Part shown: in pieces, positions 49,353-59,352 of the stretch
How positions within the stretch are numbered: position 1 is the stretch's first letter
Layout of the letters: the number at the start of each line of letters is the position of its first letter
DNA from: an uncultured bacterium
GTDB lineage: Bacteria; Fidelibacterota; Marinisomatia; Marinisomatales; UBA1611
DNA: 59,352 nucleotides
Assembly (NCBI GenBank): GCA_964586315.1
Contig: CAZPHE010000006.1
Span: 1-59,352 of the forward strand
Direction: 5' to 3'
The notes under the pieces: model-generated
Seen by the model: only the letters and a program-made list of their open reading frames with translations
Told to the model about the DNA's origin: nothing
Databases searched by the model: none
Program-made: the position numbers and the translations under genes

Positions 49353-51400
49353 TGGAAAATATGTTTATTAATTATTCTATTTTTATCCTTTTCCTTCCTT
49401 TTTTTGCATTTCTTATTATGATATTCTTTGGTAAGAGATTACCGAGGCAGGGAGACTGGTTGTCGATAGGTGCAATTTTAACAACTCTAATATTTGCAGC
49501 GATTATGTTTGTTTCTATGATACTTGAATATGATCCAGATTTTAAGCACGAAGCTTCATTCACTTGGTTTGATATGGGTGCATTCAACATCCAGTTAGGG
49601 TTCCTTATTGATAATATCACCATTATTATGCTTTTGGTTGTAGCACTTATTTCAACATGTACCCATATATTCTCAACACAGTATCTCAAAGGTGATATCC
49701 GATACACTCGTTATTTTGCTTACTTGGGTCTATTTACATTTTCTATGAATGGGATAGTGTTAGCAAACAATTTAATCTCAATGTATATGTTTTGGGAGTT
49801 AGTTGGAGTAAGCTCATATTTATTAATTGGTCACTGGTTCGAAAAAGATTCTGCTGCGAATGCCAGTAAAAAAGCATTCCTGACAAATAGGGTAGGTGAT
49901 ATTGGATTTTTTATAGGGATAATGCTTATTTATAATGCAGTTGGTTCTTTTGCTTTTAATGATATTTTTAATGGTGTTTCTTCGCAAATGATCACTGGTA
50001 CGACCTTAACATTAGCCGGTGTAGGTTTGTTTTTAGGTGCAATGGGAAAGTCTTCACAGTTTCCTCTACATATCTGGTTGCCTGATGCTATGGAAGGTCC
50101 TACTCCCGTCTCTGCACTTATGCATGCAGCAACAATGGTAGCTGCTGGTGTATATTTATGTGTTCGGATTTTTCCTATATTAACTCCAGATGCTTTGTTA
50201 GTGGTTGCTTATGTAGGTGGTTTTACAGCTTTGTTTGCAGCAACTATTGCAATAACCCAGACAGATATTAAAAAAGTATTAGCCTATTCTACTGTGAGTC
50301 AGCTAGGATACATGATTCTAGCTGTAGGAACTGGGGTCTATACAGCCGCATTTTTTCATTTGCTTACCCATGCAATGTTCAAAGCGAATTTATTTTATGG
50401 ATCAGGTTCTGTAATTCATTCAATGCATCATGCACTCCATGAAAAACATGATCATGAGACTGATCCTCAAGATATGAGAAACATGGGAGGTTTTAGGGGA
50501 AAAATGCCAATTACCCATTGGTCAATGCTTATTAGTACAATGGCGATAGCGGGTGTTCCACTCTTTTCAGGATTTCTTTCTAAGGATGCAATTTTGGCTG
50601 GAACATTATCATTTGCTAACCATAATCCTGTTCATATACTGTTACCAGTATTTGGATTTGGCGCAGCTATGATTACTGCATTCTATATGTTTAGGATGAT
50701 GTTTATGACTTTTTATGGTAAACCACAGATGCCTGAAATATTTGATGATATACACGAGTCACCTAAAGAAATGACTGGTCCAATTGTTTTACTTGGAACA
50801 CTTAGTATTTTTATATGGTATACATTTCCATATTTTAATCCAATATCAAGTCATGGTTGGTTCACCGACTTAGTTTTGCCACAAGATGCTTCAGTCCCAG
50901 GAAATTTAACGGCAGAATATATTTCAGATGGGGCTCATCATGCACATCATTTGGCGATGTACATTTCTATTGCTGTGGCATCAATTGGAATTTTATTATC
51001 ATGGATTTTTTATATAAAAAAGATTTTTTCTGCTAAAGCTGTAGCAAACCGTATTGGAATTTTGTATGACTGGAGTTTGAACAAATATTATTTTGATGAA
51101 AATTATGATAAATATATTTATCAACCCACTTTACGATTAGCAAATAAAATTTCATGGATAGATTGGGAGCTTTATGATAGATATTTTATTAATGGATTTG
51201 GTAGATTGACAAACTGGGCAAGCCGCATTACAGGGGAATTTGATTATAATGGAATAGATCAAACAATGGTTGATGGGACTGGCTGGATAGCAAATGGAGC
51301 TGGCCGTTTATTAAAGACCCTTCAAACAGGTAAACTCCAAAATTATGTACTGTTTGTTGCTGCAGGAGTCATCATACTCATGATAATCCAATCATTTTAA
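49352..51400 (+). CDS. nuoL: NADH-quinone oxidoreductase subunit L
   Basis: WELVGVSSYLLIGHW, KAFLTNRVGD, WLPDAMEGPTPVSALMHAATMV, LAYSTVSQLG. Confidence 0.98.
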   Translation: MENMFINYSIFILFLPFFAFLIMIFFGKRLPRQGDWLSIGAILTTLIFAAIMFVSMILEYDPDFKHEASFTWFDMGAFNIQLGFLIDNITIIMLLVVALISTCTHIFSTQYLKGDIRYTRYFAYLGLFTFSMNGIVLANNLISMYMFWELVGVSSYLLIGHWFEKDSAANASKKAFLTNRVGDIGFFIGIMLIYNAVGSFAFNDIFNGVSSQMITGTTLTLAGVGLFLGAMGKSSQFPLHIWLPDAMEGPTPVSALMHAATMVAAGVYLCVRIFPILTPDALLVVAYVGGFTALFAATIAITQTDIKKVLAYSTVSQLGYMILAVGTGVYTAAFFHLLTHAMFKANLFYGSGSVIHSMHHALHEKHDHETDPQDMRNMGGFRGKMPITHWSMLISTMAIAGVPLFSGFLSKDAILAGTLSFANHNPVHILLPVFGFGAAMITAFYMFRMMFMTFYGKPQMPEIFDDIHESPKEMTGPIVLLGTLSIFIWYTFPYFNPISSHGWFTDLVLPQDASVPGNLTAEYISDGAHHAHHLAMYISIAVASIGILLSWIFYIKKIFSAKAVANRIGILYDWSLNKYYFDENYDKYIYQPTLRLANKISWIDWELYDRYFINGFGRLTNWASRITGEFDYNGIDQTMVDGTGWIANGAGRLLKTLQTGKLQNYVLFVAAGVIILMIIQSF

Positions 51401-51425
51401 CATAAAAGTTTGAGTAGAGGAAAAG

Positions 51426-52973
51426 ATGGAATATAATATTCTAAGTTGGCTAATCTGGTTGCCTATCATTGGGATGGTAGCCATTGCATTTATACCGAGG
51501 GATAATGAGAATTTAATTAAAAACGTATCTGCGGTTACAACAGGAGTCCAATTTATATTGACATTGGTTCTATGGAATAAATTTGATTCCAATATTGGTG
51601 CAATACAATTTAAGGAAAAGTATAATTGGATTCCTTCGTTTAATATAGAATATTTTCTTGGAGTAGATGGTTTAAGCTTGCCCATGGTGATCCTAACTGG
51701 GCTATTATTTTTCATAGGTGTCTTTGTTAGTTGGAATACCAAAAAAGCAGTAAAGGGATACTTTGCACTTTTTCTTCTTTTGGATACTGGTGTAATGGGT
51801 GTTTTTCTTTCTTTAGATTTTTTCCTTTTTTACATTTTCTGGGAAGTTATGTTGCTGCCAATGTATTTCTTGATAGGCATGTGGGGAGGCCCTCAAAGAG
51901 AATATGCTGCGATCAAGTTTTTTCTCTATACCTTATTTGGGTCAGTTCTCATGTTGGTAGGAATATTAGGCCTTTATTTTTCATGCGGGCAAACTTTTAA
52001 TATTTTAGAACTCACTAGTGTAGCAACCGGTGCACTTAGTGGACTTTTATGGTGGGGCATGAGTGCTATCAAAGTTATTTGGGTTCTTCTCTTCATTGGA
52101 TTTGCTATTAAGGTACCCGTTTTTCCATTTCATACTTGGCTCCCCCTTGCACATGTAGAGGCTCCCACTGCTATTTCAGTTCTTCTTGCAGGTATTTTAC
52201 TAAAGCTGGGAGTCTATGGAATTTTGAGAGTTAATTATGGTTTAATGCCTGATGGAGTTTACTGGTTCTCATATGCATTAGCACTTCTTGGGCTTATCAA
52301 TGTAATCTGGGGTGGACTCTGCGCGTTAGCACAAACAGATTTAAAAAAGCTTGTAGCATATTCAAGTGTTAATCATATGGGATATTCACTAATAGGGATG
52401 GCAGCAGTAGTTGCCGCAGGAGAGGCACATGGACTGAATATGAAAGCTGCTCAGGCAGGTCTTGGTGGAGCAGTTTTTCAAATGTTTAACCATGGAACAA
52501 TTTCTGCTATGTTATTTATTTTAGTAGGTGTGATTTATGAACGAGCTCACCATAGAGAAATTGAAGGTTTTGGTGGTCTTGCAAGTCAGATGCCTATCTA
52601 TACAGGCATTACTGCAGTTGCTTTTTTTGCTGGACTTGGTCTCCCCGGGTTATCTGGGTTTATTAGTGAAGCAATGTGTTTTATTGGTGCCTTTCCCGTT
52701 TATAAGGGAATTGTAATCGCCTCAACAATTGGTATTCTATTAAATGCCGCTTATTTTTTATGGGCATTCCAAAGAATTTTCTTTGGTGAGATTAATGAAA
52801 AATATTCTGACTTACCTGAGATAAACCGTCTTGAACTATTTACTGTTATACCGCTACTTATTATTACTCTTTTCTTTGGTATCTATCCCTCACCCTATAT
52901 TGATACCATTTCCAGTACGATGGATGTTATAATTAACCATGTAGTATCGCTTGCTACAAATGCAAGTATGTAA
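51426..52973 (+). CDS. nuoM: NADH-quinone oxidoreductase subunit M
   Basis: FWEVMLLPMY, KVPVFPFHTWLP.AHVEAP, LGLPGLSGFISE. Confidence 0.98.
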   Translation: MEYNILSWLIWLPIIGMVAIAFIPRDNENLIKNVSAVTTGVQFILTLVLWNKFDSNIGAIQFKEKYNWIPSFNIEYFLGVDGLSLPMVILTGLLFFIGVFVSWNTKKAVKGYFALFLLLDTGVMGVFLSLDFFLFYIFWEVMLLPMYFLIGMWGGPQREYAAIKFFLYTLFGSVLMLVGILGLYFSCGQTFNILELTSVATGALSGLLWWGMSAIKVIWVLLFIGFAIKVPVFPFHTWLPLAHVEAPTAISVLLAGILLKLGVYGILRVNYGLMPDGVYWFSYALALLGLINVIWGGLCALAQTDLKKLVAYSSVNHMGYSLIGMAAVVAAGEAHGLNMKAAQAGLGGAVFQMFNHGTISAMLFILVGVIYERAHHREIEGFGGLASQMPIYTGITAVAFFAGLGLPGLSGFISEAMCFIGAFPVYKGIVIASTIGILLNAAYFLWAFQRIFFGEINEKYSDLPEINRLELFTVIPLLIITLFFGIYPSPYIDTISSTMDVIINHVVSLATNASM

Positions 52974-52982
52974 TCAATTTAA

Positions 52983-54476
52983 ATGAATAATTTTCAAAGT
53001 CTATCTTATTACTACCCTGAACTCATCTTAACAGGAGTCATAATAATATCAGTAATATATGATTTACTGATTGATAAATCTAAATCTGGAAGAGTTGGTT
53101 GGGTATTAGTATGTGGCTTAATTCTAGTTGCAATATCTATCCATTTACAAGATGAATTTCCCGTAACAACTTTGTTTACAGATGCAGTTGTCTTAGATCC
53201 TTTTTCAACATTTTTTAAAATCATAGTTCTTTTGGCAACTATTCTTGTATCAATAGTAAGCCTTTATTCTGGTGAATTAGATGGTTATAGAAAGGGTGAA
53301 TATTTTTCTTTATTGGGTATTATTTCATTTGGACTTTTTCTAATGGTGTCAGCAATTGATTTAATAATGGTTTATCTTTCCATAGAAATTGTATCAATAA
53401 TGTCTTTTATTCTTGCAGGGTACCTGAAGCAAAACGCAAGGTCTAATGAGGCAGCTCTAAAATATGTTGTATATGGTGCTTTTTCTTCCGGAATAATGCT
53501 ATTTGGTTTAAGCTATGTCTTTGGTTTAACTGGAAGCACTAATTTTTTTCAAATCCAGCAGTCTCTATCTACTTTAGAGAGCGAATCAAATACTGCAGTT
53601 ATGATGGCAATGATTATGATTCTTGCAGGATTTGGTTATAAAATTTCAGCTGTGCCTTTCCATTTTTGGACTCCAGATGTTTATGAAGGCGCTCCGACAA
53701 CCATTACTGCATATTTATCTGTAGCACCTAAAGCAGGAGCATTTGCCATGATGCTTAGATTCTTTAATCAGGTTTTTGCAGATGGTGGTGCAATGGCAGG
53801 CTTAGATGCTTCATCTTTTTCTGAATTTCCATGGGCAAATATTTTGAGTTTATTAGCCATTATTACCATGACACTAGGTAATGTCGTGGCTATACAGCAG
53901 AATAGTATTAAGCGTATGCTTGCCTATTCCAGTATTGCTCATGCTGGATATATGTTGCTTGCTATGCCGGTCATGTCTGGAGATAGTATTTATGCTATAA
54001 TGATTTATCTTGTAATGTACCTTTTTATGAATTTGGGTGCATTTTTTGTTGTGATAATTGTAAAAAACAAGACTGGAAGTGAATCCTTTGATGATTACAA
54101 GGGTCTAGGTTGGGAGATGCCTCTAATCGGTGTTGTAATGACCTTGTTTATGGTTTCTCTTACAGGTCTACCTCCGACTGCAGGTTTTATCGGAAAATTT
54201 TATATTTTTGCTTCCTTAATTAAAGGTGGAAGTACTTTTTACTGGCTTGTTGTTATTGGTGGTATTAATAGTGTTATATCTCTTTACTATTATTTAAGAG
54301 TAGTAAAAGTGATGTATTTTGAAGGGGAAAAAAAAGAATCTATTCTTTATCCTCCAAGAGTATTAACCGGAATGCTACTTGCCACAGCAATTCCCACTCT
54401 TTTACTAGGAATTTACTGGACTCCTATTGCAGACTGGATTAAAAGCTCACTAATATTTTTTATTCAAACTATATAA
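52983..54476 (+). CDS. nuoN: NADH-quinone oxidoreductase subunit N
   Basis: EAALKY, YKISAVPFHFWTPDVYEGAP, KRMLAYSSIAHAGY, GLPPTAGF.GK. Confidence 0.98.
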   Translation: MNNFQSLSYYYPELILTGVIIISVIYDLLIDKSKSGRVGWVLVCGLILVAISIHLQDEFPVTTLFTDAVVLDPFSTFFKIIVLLATILVSIVSLYSGELDGYRKGEYFSLLGIISFGLFLMVSAIDLIMVYLSIEIVSIMSFILAGYLKQNARSNEAALKYVVYGAFSSGIMLFGLSYVFGLTGSTNFFQIQQSLSTLESESNTAVMMAMIMILAGFGYKISAVPFHFWTPDVYEGAPTTITAYLSVAPKAGAFAMMLRFFNQVFADGGAMAGLDASSFSEFPWANILSLLAIITMTLGNVVAIQQNSIKRMLAYSSIAHAGYMLLAMPVMSGDSIYAIMIYLVMYLFMNLGAFFVVIIVKNKTGSESFDDYKGLGWEMPLIGVVMTLFMVSLTGLPPTAGFIGKFYIFASLIKGGSTFYWLVVIGGINSVISLYYYLRVVKVMYFEGEKKESILYPPRVLTGMLLATAIPTLLLGIYWTPIADWIKSSLIFFIQTI

Positions 54477-54498
54477 TTAAAAAAATAAATATATAATT

Positions 54499-55830
54499 TT
54501 GAAAAATATTGTCATTAAAAAAGGACATGATATAAGAATGTCAGGTTTGCCATTGAGTAGTTCGGTTTCAAATTTAGTGACATCGAGTGTCTCTCTGATG
54601 CCTAACCAGTTCAGAGGTGTTAAGCCAAAATTAATGGTTTCAGAAGGTGAAAAGGTAAAGATTGGGCAACCTCTTTTTTTTGATAAGATAAAACCAGATG
54701 TGAAATGGGCATCACCAGCAAATGGATCTGTAAAAAAAATCGAATTTGGATCCCGAAGAGTAATAGAAAAAATTGAAATTGCAGTAGAAGGTCAAGAAAC
54801 AGTAAGGCATAACTTACTTTCAAAAGAACAGATAAAATCATCTAAAAAAGATTTAGTATTAGATTATATTCTAGAATCTAACCTCTTTCCATTGATCCGC
54901 CAAAGACCATTTAATAAAGTTGCAGACCCTAAAGTAGAACCTAGGGATATTTTTATATCAGGTCACAACACGGCTCCCTTAGCAGTAGATTTTCATGAAA
55001 TTTTGAAAAAAAATAAAGATGCTTTTCAGTTGGGATTGACTGCTCTTAGTAAACTGACCAGGGGTAGAGTATATTTAACCTTGAAGGATTTTATGGAATT
55101 TGAAAATGTTCAAGTTCAAACAATTTCTGGTCCTCATCCAGCGGGAAATGTTGGTATTCAAATACACCATACAAAACCATTAAATCCCAATGAAGTTATA
55201 TGGACTGTGAATGCTCAGCATGTAATTACGCTTGGTAAATTATTTCAAACAGGAGAATATGATCCTTATTTTACTGTATCTATTGGTGGCTCTGGGGCTG
55301 ATAAGCCAGAAGTTGTTAAAACATTAACTGGTTCTAGTATACAATCTATGTTAAAAAATCAATCTAGGGAAAATCCTGTTCGCTTTATTTCAGGCGATGT
55401 TTTGACAGGTGAAAAGGTAAATAAAGATGATTTTATGGGGTTTTATGATTCTACTCTTACTATTGTTGATGATCAAGTAGATAGACCATTTCTTGGGATG
55501 CTTAGTCTAGGGAATAGTAATACGAAATACAGTCTCACAAATACGTTTTTATCATTGTCAAGTTCATTATTTAATTTTACCACATCACAGAATGGTGAAA
55601 AAAGAGCAATGGTTCCAATTAATGCATGGGAAAATGTTTTGCCAATGGATATCTATCCAAATCCACTCTATCGGGCTATCTTAGCTCACGATATAGAAGA
55701 GATGGAAAAACTTGGTATATGGGAATGTGATGATGAAGATTTCGCGTTATGTTCTTTTGCTTGTCCTAGTAAAATAGATGTCGGTAGTGTCATTAGAGAT
55801 GGTCTTGATCTAATGGAATTAGAAGGATAA
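54499..55830 (+). CDS. nqrA: Na(+)-translocating NADH-quinone reductase subunit A
   Basis: VKPKLMVSEGEKVKIGQPLF, GPHPAGNVG, ISGDVLTG, EEDF-like DEDFALCSFACPSK; TTG start. Confidence 0.96.
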   Translation: MKNIVIKKGHDIRMSGLPLSSSVSNLVTSSVSLMPNQFRGVKPKLMVSEGEKVKIGQPLFFDKIKPDVKWASPANGSVKKIEFGSRRVIEKIEIAVEGQETVRHNLLSKEQIKSSKKDLVLDYILESNLFPLIRQRPFNKVADPKVEPRDIFISGHNTAPLAVDFHEILKKNKDAFQLGLTALSKLTRGRVYLTLKDFMEFENVQVQTISGPHPAGNVGIQIHHTKPLNPNEVIWTVNAQHVITLGKLFQTGEYDPYFTVSIGGSGADKPEVVKTLTGSSIQSMLKNQSRENPVRFISGDVLTGEKVNKDDFMGFYDSTLTIVDDQVDRPFLGMLSLGNSNTKYSLTNTFLSLSSSLFNFTTSQNGEKRAMVPINAWENVLPMDIYPNPLYRAILAHDIEEMEKLGIWECDDEDFALCSFACPSKIDVGSVIRDGLDLMELEG

Positions 55831-55832
55831 CC

Positions 55833-57017
55833 ATGAAATGGATTAGAAACTTACTAGATCAAGTTGAACCCCAATTTGCAAAAGGTGGGAAGTTAGAGAA
55901 ATTTGCACCTGTTTACGAAGCAACGGATACAATTCTTTTTAGTACAGATGAAAGAACTAATACGGGTCCGCATATAAGAGACAGTGTTGATATAAAACGT
56001 GTTATGATACTTGTTGTAATAGCGTTAATACCTTGCTATATCTTTGGTACAATTAATGTTGGATACCAAAAAGCTTTAATATTTGGTGACCAGACAACAT
56101 GGCTGGATAATCTATTGGCTGGTGCTATTGCAATTCTTCCAATTATTGCAGTCACGTTCATGTCTGGTGCTTTTTGGGAATTACTATTTGGCATTGTAAG
56201 AGGACATCCTATATCCGAAGGATTCCTTGTGACGTGTGCATTAATACCTCTTACATTACCACCATCAATTCCACTATGGCAGGTTGCTGTTGCTACTTCA
56301 TTTGGTATTGTTATTGGTAAGGAAATATTTGGCGGTGTGGGAATGAATATATTTAACCCAGCACTTATGGCTAGGGCATTTCTTTATTTTACATATCCAG
56401 CTAATATATCAGGAGATAAAGTATGGGCACTAGCACCGGATGGCTATTCTAGCCCAACAGCACTTAGTATACCTGCTGGTAAAATTAATGCTAATGCTGT
56501 TGATCTACTCGATAAGGCTAGTTCTAGTCTCGTTTTTGATTTTTCCTGGATAAATATGTTCATGGGATGGATTCCAGGTTCTATTGGTGAGACAAATAAA
56601 TGGATAATAATGATAGGGGCATTTTTCCTCATTGTTGTTGGTATAACAAGCTGGAGAGTAATGGTTGGTTCTTTAATAGGATTATTTGCTATGAGCTATT
56701 TGACAAATATTTTAGCTCCATACTCCACAAATGCAATGCTAACTATTCCTCCGCATTATCACCTTGTTATGGGTGGTTTTATGTTTGGGACAGTTTTTAT
56801 GGCAACTGAACCAGTTACAGGTGCTCACACTGATATAGGAAGATGGATTTTTGGAATTTTGGTTGGGTCCTTGACTGTAATTATTCGTAGTGTCAATCCA
56901 GCATATCCCGAAGGAATTATGTTGGCAATACTCCTTATGAATGCATTTGCACCATTAATTGATTATTTTGTAGTTCAGAGAAATATAAAAAAGAGAATGC
57001 TGCGATATGTACAGTAA
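55833..57017 (+). CDS. nqrB: Na(+)-NQR subunit B
   Basis: HIRDSVDIKRVM, ISEGFLVT, GKEIFGG.G.NIFNPAL, GSIGET, AYPEGIMLAIL. Confidence 0.97.
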   Translation: MKWIRNLLDQVEPQFAKGGKLEKFAPVYEATDTILFSTDERTNTGPHIRDSVDIKRVMILVVIALIPCYIFGTINVGYQKALIFGDQTTWLDNLLAGAIAILPIIAVTFMSGAFWELLFGIVRGHPISEGFLVTCALIPLTLPPSIPLWQVAVATSFGIVIGKEIFGGVGMNIFNPALMARAFLYFTYPANISGDKVWALAPDGYSSPTALSIPAGKINANAVDLLDKASSSLVFDFSWINMFMGWIPGSIGETNKWIIMIGAFFLIVVGITSWRVMVGSLIGLFAMSYLTNILAPYSTNAMLTIPPHYHLVMGGFMFGTVFMATEPVTGAHTDIGRWIFGILVGSLTVIIRSVNPAYPEGIMLAILLMNAFAPLIDYFVVQRNIKKRMLRYVQ

Positions 57018-57702
57018 TTCATATACGATAATTTTTATGGCGGTTATTACGATCCTTCTTGGTTCATTTTTATCTATTGCTGCGGGACAATTAGAAGATA
57101 TACAGGAATTAAATGTAGAGAATGATAGTAAAAAAAATATATTATCTTGCCTAGGTTATAAAGAGAGTCAAGATAAACCTTGGACTTCAAATGATATAAA
57201 AAAAATATTTGAGAATAATATTGATGCTTATGTTTTGAATTCAAAAGGCAATCGAACAGATAAAGACCCAAAGTTAGTTGATCCTGAAACTGATAATGAA
57301 AATTATCCCATATATGTAGATAAAAATGATGGGAAAATTAAAGGATATGCAATTCCAATATCTGGAAAAGGATTATGGTCAACTCTTTATGGATACTTTG
57401 CCATTGAACCTGATGGAATTACTGCCAAAGGGATAACATTTTATGCACATAAAGAGACACCTGGTTTAGGAGGAGAAGTAGATAAGCAATGGTTTCAAAA
57501 GAATTTTGTTGGTAAAAGATTTATTAATGATGATGGTGAATTAGTTGGTATTAAAGTTATAAAAGGCAAAGCTGATCCAAATAGTCGATATGAGGTTGAT
57601 GGTATTTCAGGTGCAACCATCACAAGTAAAGGATTAGAAAATTTTTTAATTGATGATCTAAAAAAATATGAACCATTTTTTAATAATATCAGAAAAGGAT
57701 AA
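57007..57702 (+). CDS. nqrC: Na(+)-NQR subunit C
   Basis: [32 protein letters not shown] (FMN attachment site). Confidence 0.97.
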   Translation: MYSNSYTIIFMAVITILLGSFLSIAAGQLEDIQELNVENDSKKNILSCLGYKESQDKPWTSNDIKKIFENNIDAYVLNSKGNRTDKDPKLVDPETDNENYPIYVDKNDGKIKGYAIPISGKGLWSTLYGYFAIEPDGITAKGITFYAHKETPGLGGEVDKQWFQKNFVGKRFINDDGELVGIKVIKGKADPNSRYEVDGISGATITSKGLENFLIDDLKKYEPFFNNIRKG

Positions 57703-57707
57703 GACCC

Positions 57708-58334
57708 ATGGTTGTTTTTGAAAAAAAGTCAAAACAAGCACTGACTGATCCTCTTATGAAAAATAATCCTATCAGTCTACAAGTATTAGGAATTTGTTCT
57801 GCTCTCGCTGTGACCGTACAGCTAAATACCGCTGTTGTTATGACACTGGCGGTAGTGTCTGTTTTATCCATTTCCAATACTGTTATTTCTCTATTAAGAA
57901 CTATGATTCCCGGAAAGGTAAGAATTATTGTTCAGCTTTCTGTGATTGCAACATTAGTGATTACTACTGATCAGATTTTACAGGCTTATTTGTATGATAT
58001 AAGCAAACAATTATCAGTTTTTGTGTCCCTAATAATTACCAATTGTATAGTAATGGGAAGAGCAGAAGCATTTGCCATGCAAAATACACCAGGTAAATCT
58101 TTTCTTGATGGTTTGGGTAACGGACTTGGATATGGTGGTATTTTGATATCAGTAGCTTTTTTCAGAGAATTATTAGGAAATGGATCGGTTTATGGTTATC
58201 AGGTTATACCAGATTTTATTTATGATGCTGGTTATCAAAATATGGGACTTATGGTTCTTTCGCCGGGTGCATTTATTATACTTGGACTCATAGTTTGGGC
58301 TCATCGTATCGCAAGTGGTATAGAAGAGGATTAA
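57708..58334 (+). CDS. nqrD: Na(+)-NQR subunit D
   Basis: [34 protein letters not shown]. Confidence 0.97.
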   Translation: MVVFEKKSKQALTDPLMKNNPISLQVLGICSALAVTVQLNTAVVMTLAVVSVLSISNTVISLLRTMIPGKVRIIVQLSVIATLVITTDQILQAYLYDISKQLSVFVSLIITNCIVMGRAEAFAMQNTPGKSFLDGLGNGLGYGGILISVAFFRELLGNGSVYGYQVIPDFIYDAGYQNMGLMVLSPGAFIILGLIVWAHRIASGIEED

Positions 58335-58338
58335 TTTT

Positions 58339-58968
58339 ATGGAACACTATATCAGTATATTAACAAAAGCTATCTTTATTGAGAATATTCTGCTCGCTTA
58401 TTTTTTAGGAATGTGTTCATTCTTGGCAATATCAAAAAAGGTAGATACATCTATTGGACTTGGCTTTGCGGTAATTTTTGTATTGACAATTACAACTCAA
58501 GCAAATTGGGCTATTCATAATTTTTTACTAAAAAATGGTGCACTTTCATGGTTGAATTCTGATTACGGTGTGAATGGCAGTAATGCTATTGACCTTAGTT
58601 TTTTAAATAGTATTATATTTATCGCAGTCATTGCTGCTATGGTTCAATTGGTGGAAATGACACTAGATCGATTTGTTCCTAAATTATATATCAGTTTGGG
58701 AATATTCTTGCCATTAATAGCAGTTAATTGTGCTATCCTTGGTGGTTCAATGTTTCTAGTTGAGAGAGAATACACTTTCATGGAGTCCACTGTTTATGGG
58801 TTTGGGTCAGGTATCGGGTTTTTCTTAGCAATTACATCTATGGCGGCTATAAGACACAGAATAAGATATTCCAATGTACCCATCCAATTAAGAGGTATTG
58901 GTATTACAATGTTATTAACAGGGTTAGTTTCAATGGCATTCATGGCTTTTTCAGGAATTGACTTATAG
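58339..58968 (+). CDS. nqrE: Na(+)-NQR subunit E
   Basis: [33 protein letters not shown]. Confidence 0.97.
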   Translation: MEHYISILTKAIFIENILLAYFLGMCSFLAISKKVDTSIGLGFAVIFVLTITTQANWAIHNFLLKNGALSWLNSDYGVNGSNAIDLSFLNSIIFIAVIAAMVQLVEMTLDRFVPKLYISLGIFLPLIAVNCAILGGSMFLVEREYTFMESTVYGFGSGIGFFLAITSMAAIRHRIRYSNVPIQLRGIGITMLLTGLVSMAFMAFSGIDL

Positions 58969-59352
58969 TGGAACAAATCTTTCTTAGTATAGCAGTTTTC
59001 ACTGGTGTAGTATTATTTTTAGTTCTTCTTCTAAATTTTGCAGAAAGCCAATTGCTACCCCAAGGTGATGTGACGATAAATATTAATGGACAAGATGATA
59101 AAAGCATAATCACTCGTCCGGGTGGTACTCTCCTTACTGCCCTAGCTGGAAAGTCTGTTTTTTTACCATCTGCATGTGGAGGAGGAGGAACATGTGCAAT
59201 GTGTGAATGTCAGGTTTTAGAAGGAGGTGGGGATATATTACCCACAGAGACAGGACACATTAGCCGTAATAAAGCCAAGGATAATTGGCGATTAGCTTGC
59301 CAAGTTAAAATCAAACAGGATATGAAAATAAAAGTTCCTGATGAAATTTTTA
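58968..59352 (+). CDS. nqrF: Na(+)-NQR subunit F, 5' part (runs off window; absent from ORF track)
   Basis: GTG start overlapping the nqrE stop; hand translation MEQIFLSIAVFTGVVLFLVLLLNFAESQLLPQGDVTININ...LPSACGGGGTCAMCECQV...RLACQVKIKQDM shows the TM anchor and 2Fe-2S motif. Confidence 0.96.
   Translation, partial: MEQIFLSIAVFTGVVLFLVLLLNFAESQLLPQGDVTININGQDDKSIITRPGGTLLTALAGKSVFLPSACGGGGTCAMCECQVLEGGGDILPTETGHISRNKAKDNWRLACQVKIKQDMKIKVPDEIF

Noticed and set aside
50401-50470. His-rich stretch in NuoL (HSMHHALHEKHDHE) as a novel metal site
   Set aside because: His-rich loops at this position before QDMRNMGG are common in NuoL; no further support.
2016-58976. Numerous short antisense or alternate-frame ORFs in the track (e.g. 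2016-2267, 3514-3744, 7946-8227, 13149-13448, 15678-16019, 30639-31016, 49372-49707, 51392-51742, 57689-57877, 58794-58976)
   Set aside because: All lie within well-supported genes on the other strand or frame and show no family motifs; shadow ORFs.

Overview
Strongly AT-rich bacterial chromosomal segment (about 30% GC by eye, not computed). Gene content and order point to the FCB superphylum, most plausibly Ca. Marinimicrobia/SAR406; this is inferred from the Bacteroidota-like bS22, DUF3098, BtuG-like and Porin_10-like proteins and the 11-subunit nuo plus nqr genes. Layout: (1) 1-9.4 kb has tRNA-Asp, DUF3098, mltG, pcrA, fur, a decayed GNAT gene, a YhaM-like protein that has lost its HD motif, an outer-membrane barrel, a BtuG-like lipoprotein and an NlpC/P60 peptidase. 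(2) 9.4-19.8 kb is a housekeeping run: HNH, trpS, scpAB, rluB, cmk, rpsA, ybbR-like, tsaD, vWA membrane protein. (3) 19.8-34.7 kb is a surface-polysaccharide locus in two convergent arms: ugd-rfbC-rfbB-rfbA on +, and wza, HTH-wzz fusion, wzx, wzy, two glycosyltransferases, priming transferase, wzi on -. (4) 34.9-44.0 kb has serS, plsC, rfaE2, mltD, HU, an unannotated 31-aa bS22, xseAB, nadK and a reverse PRODH/CoA-binding/PhyH operon. (5) 44.2-59.4 kb is a continuous respiratory super-operon: an 11-subunit complex I lacking nuoEFG (nuoABCDHIJKLMN) followed 22 bp later by nqrABCDEF. No CRISPR array, rRNA, integrase or transposase was seen. Best leads: a helix-turn-helix domain fused to the chain-length regulator Wzz, with a perfect 14-bp palindrome in front of its operon; the nuo(-EFG)-nqr super-operon; a pseudo-nuclease YhaM; a CDS whose stop codon lies inside a tRNA; and a switch-like serS leader.
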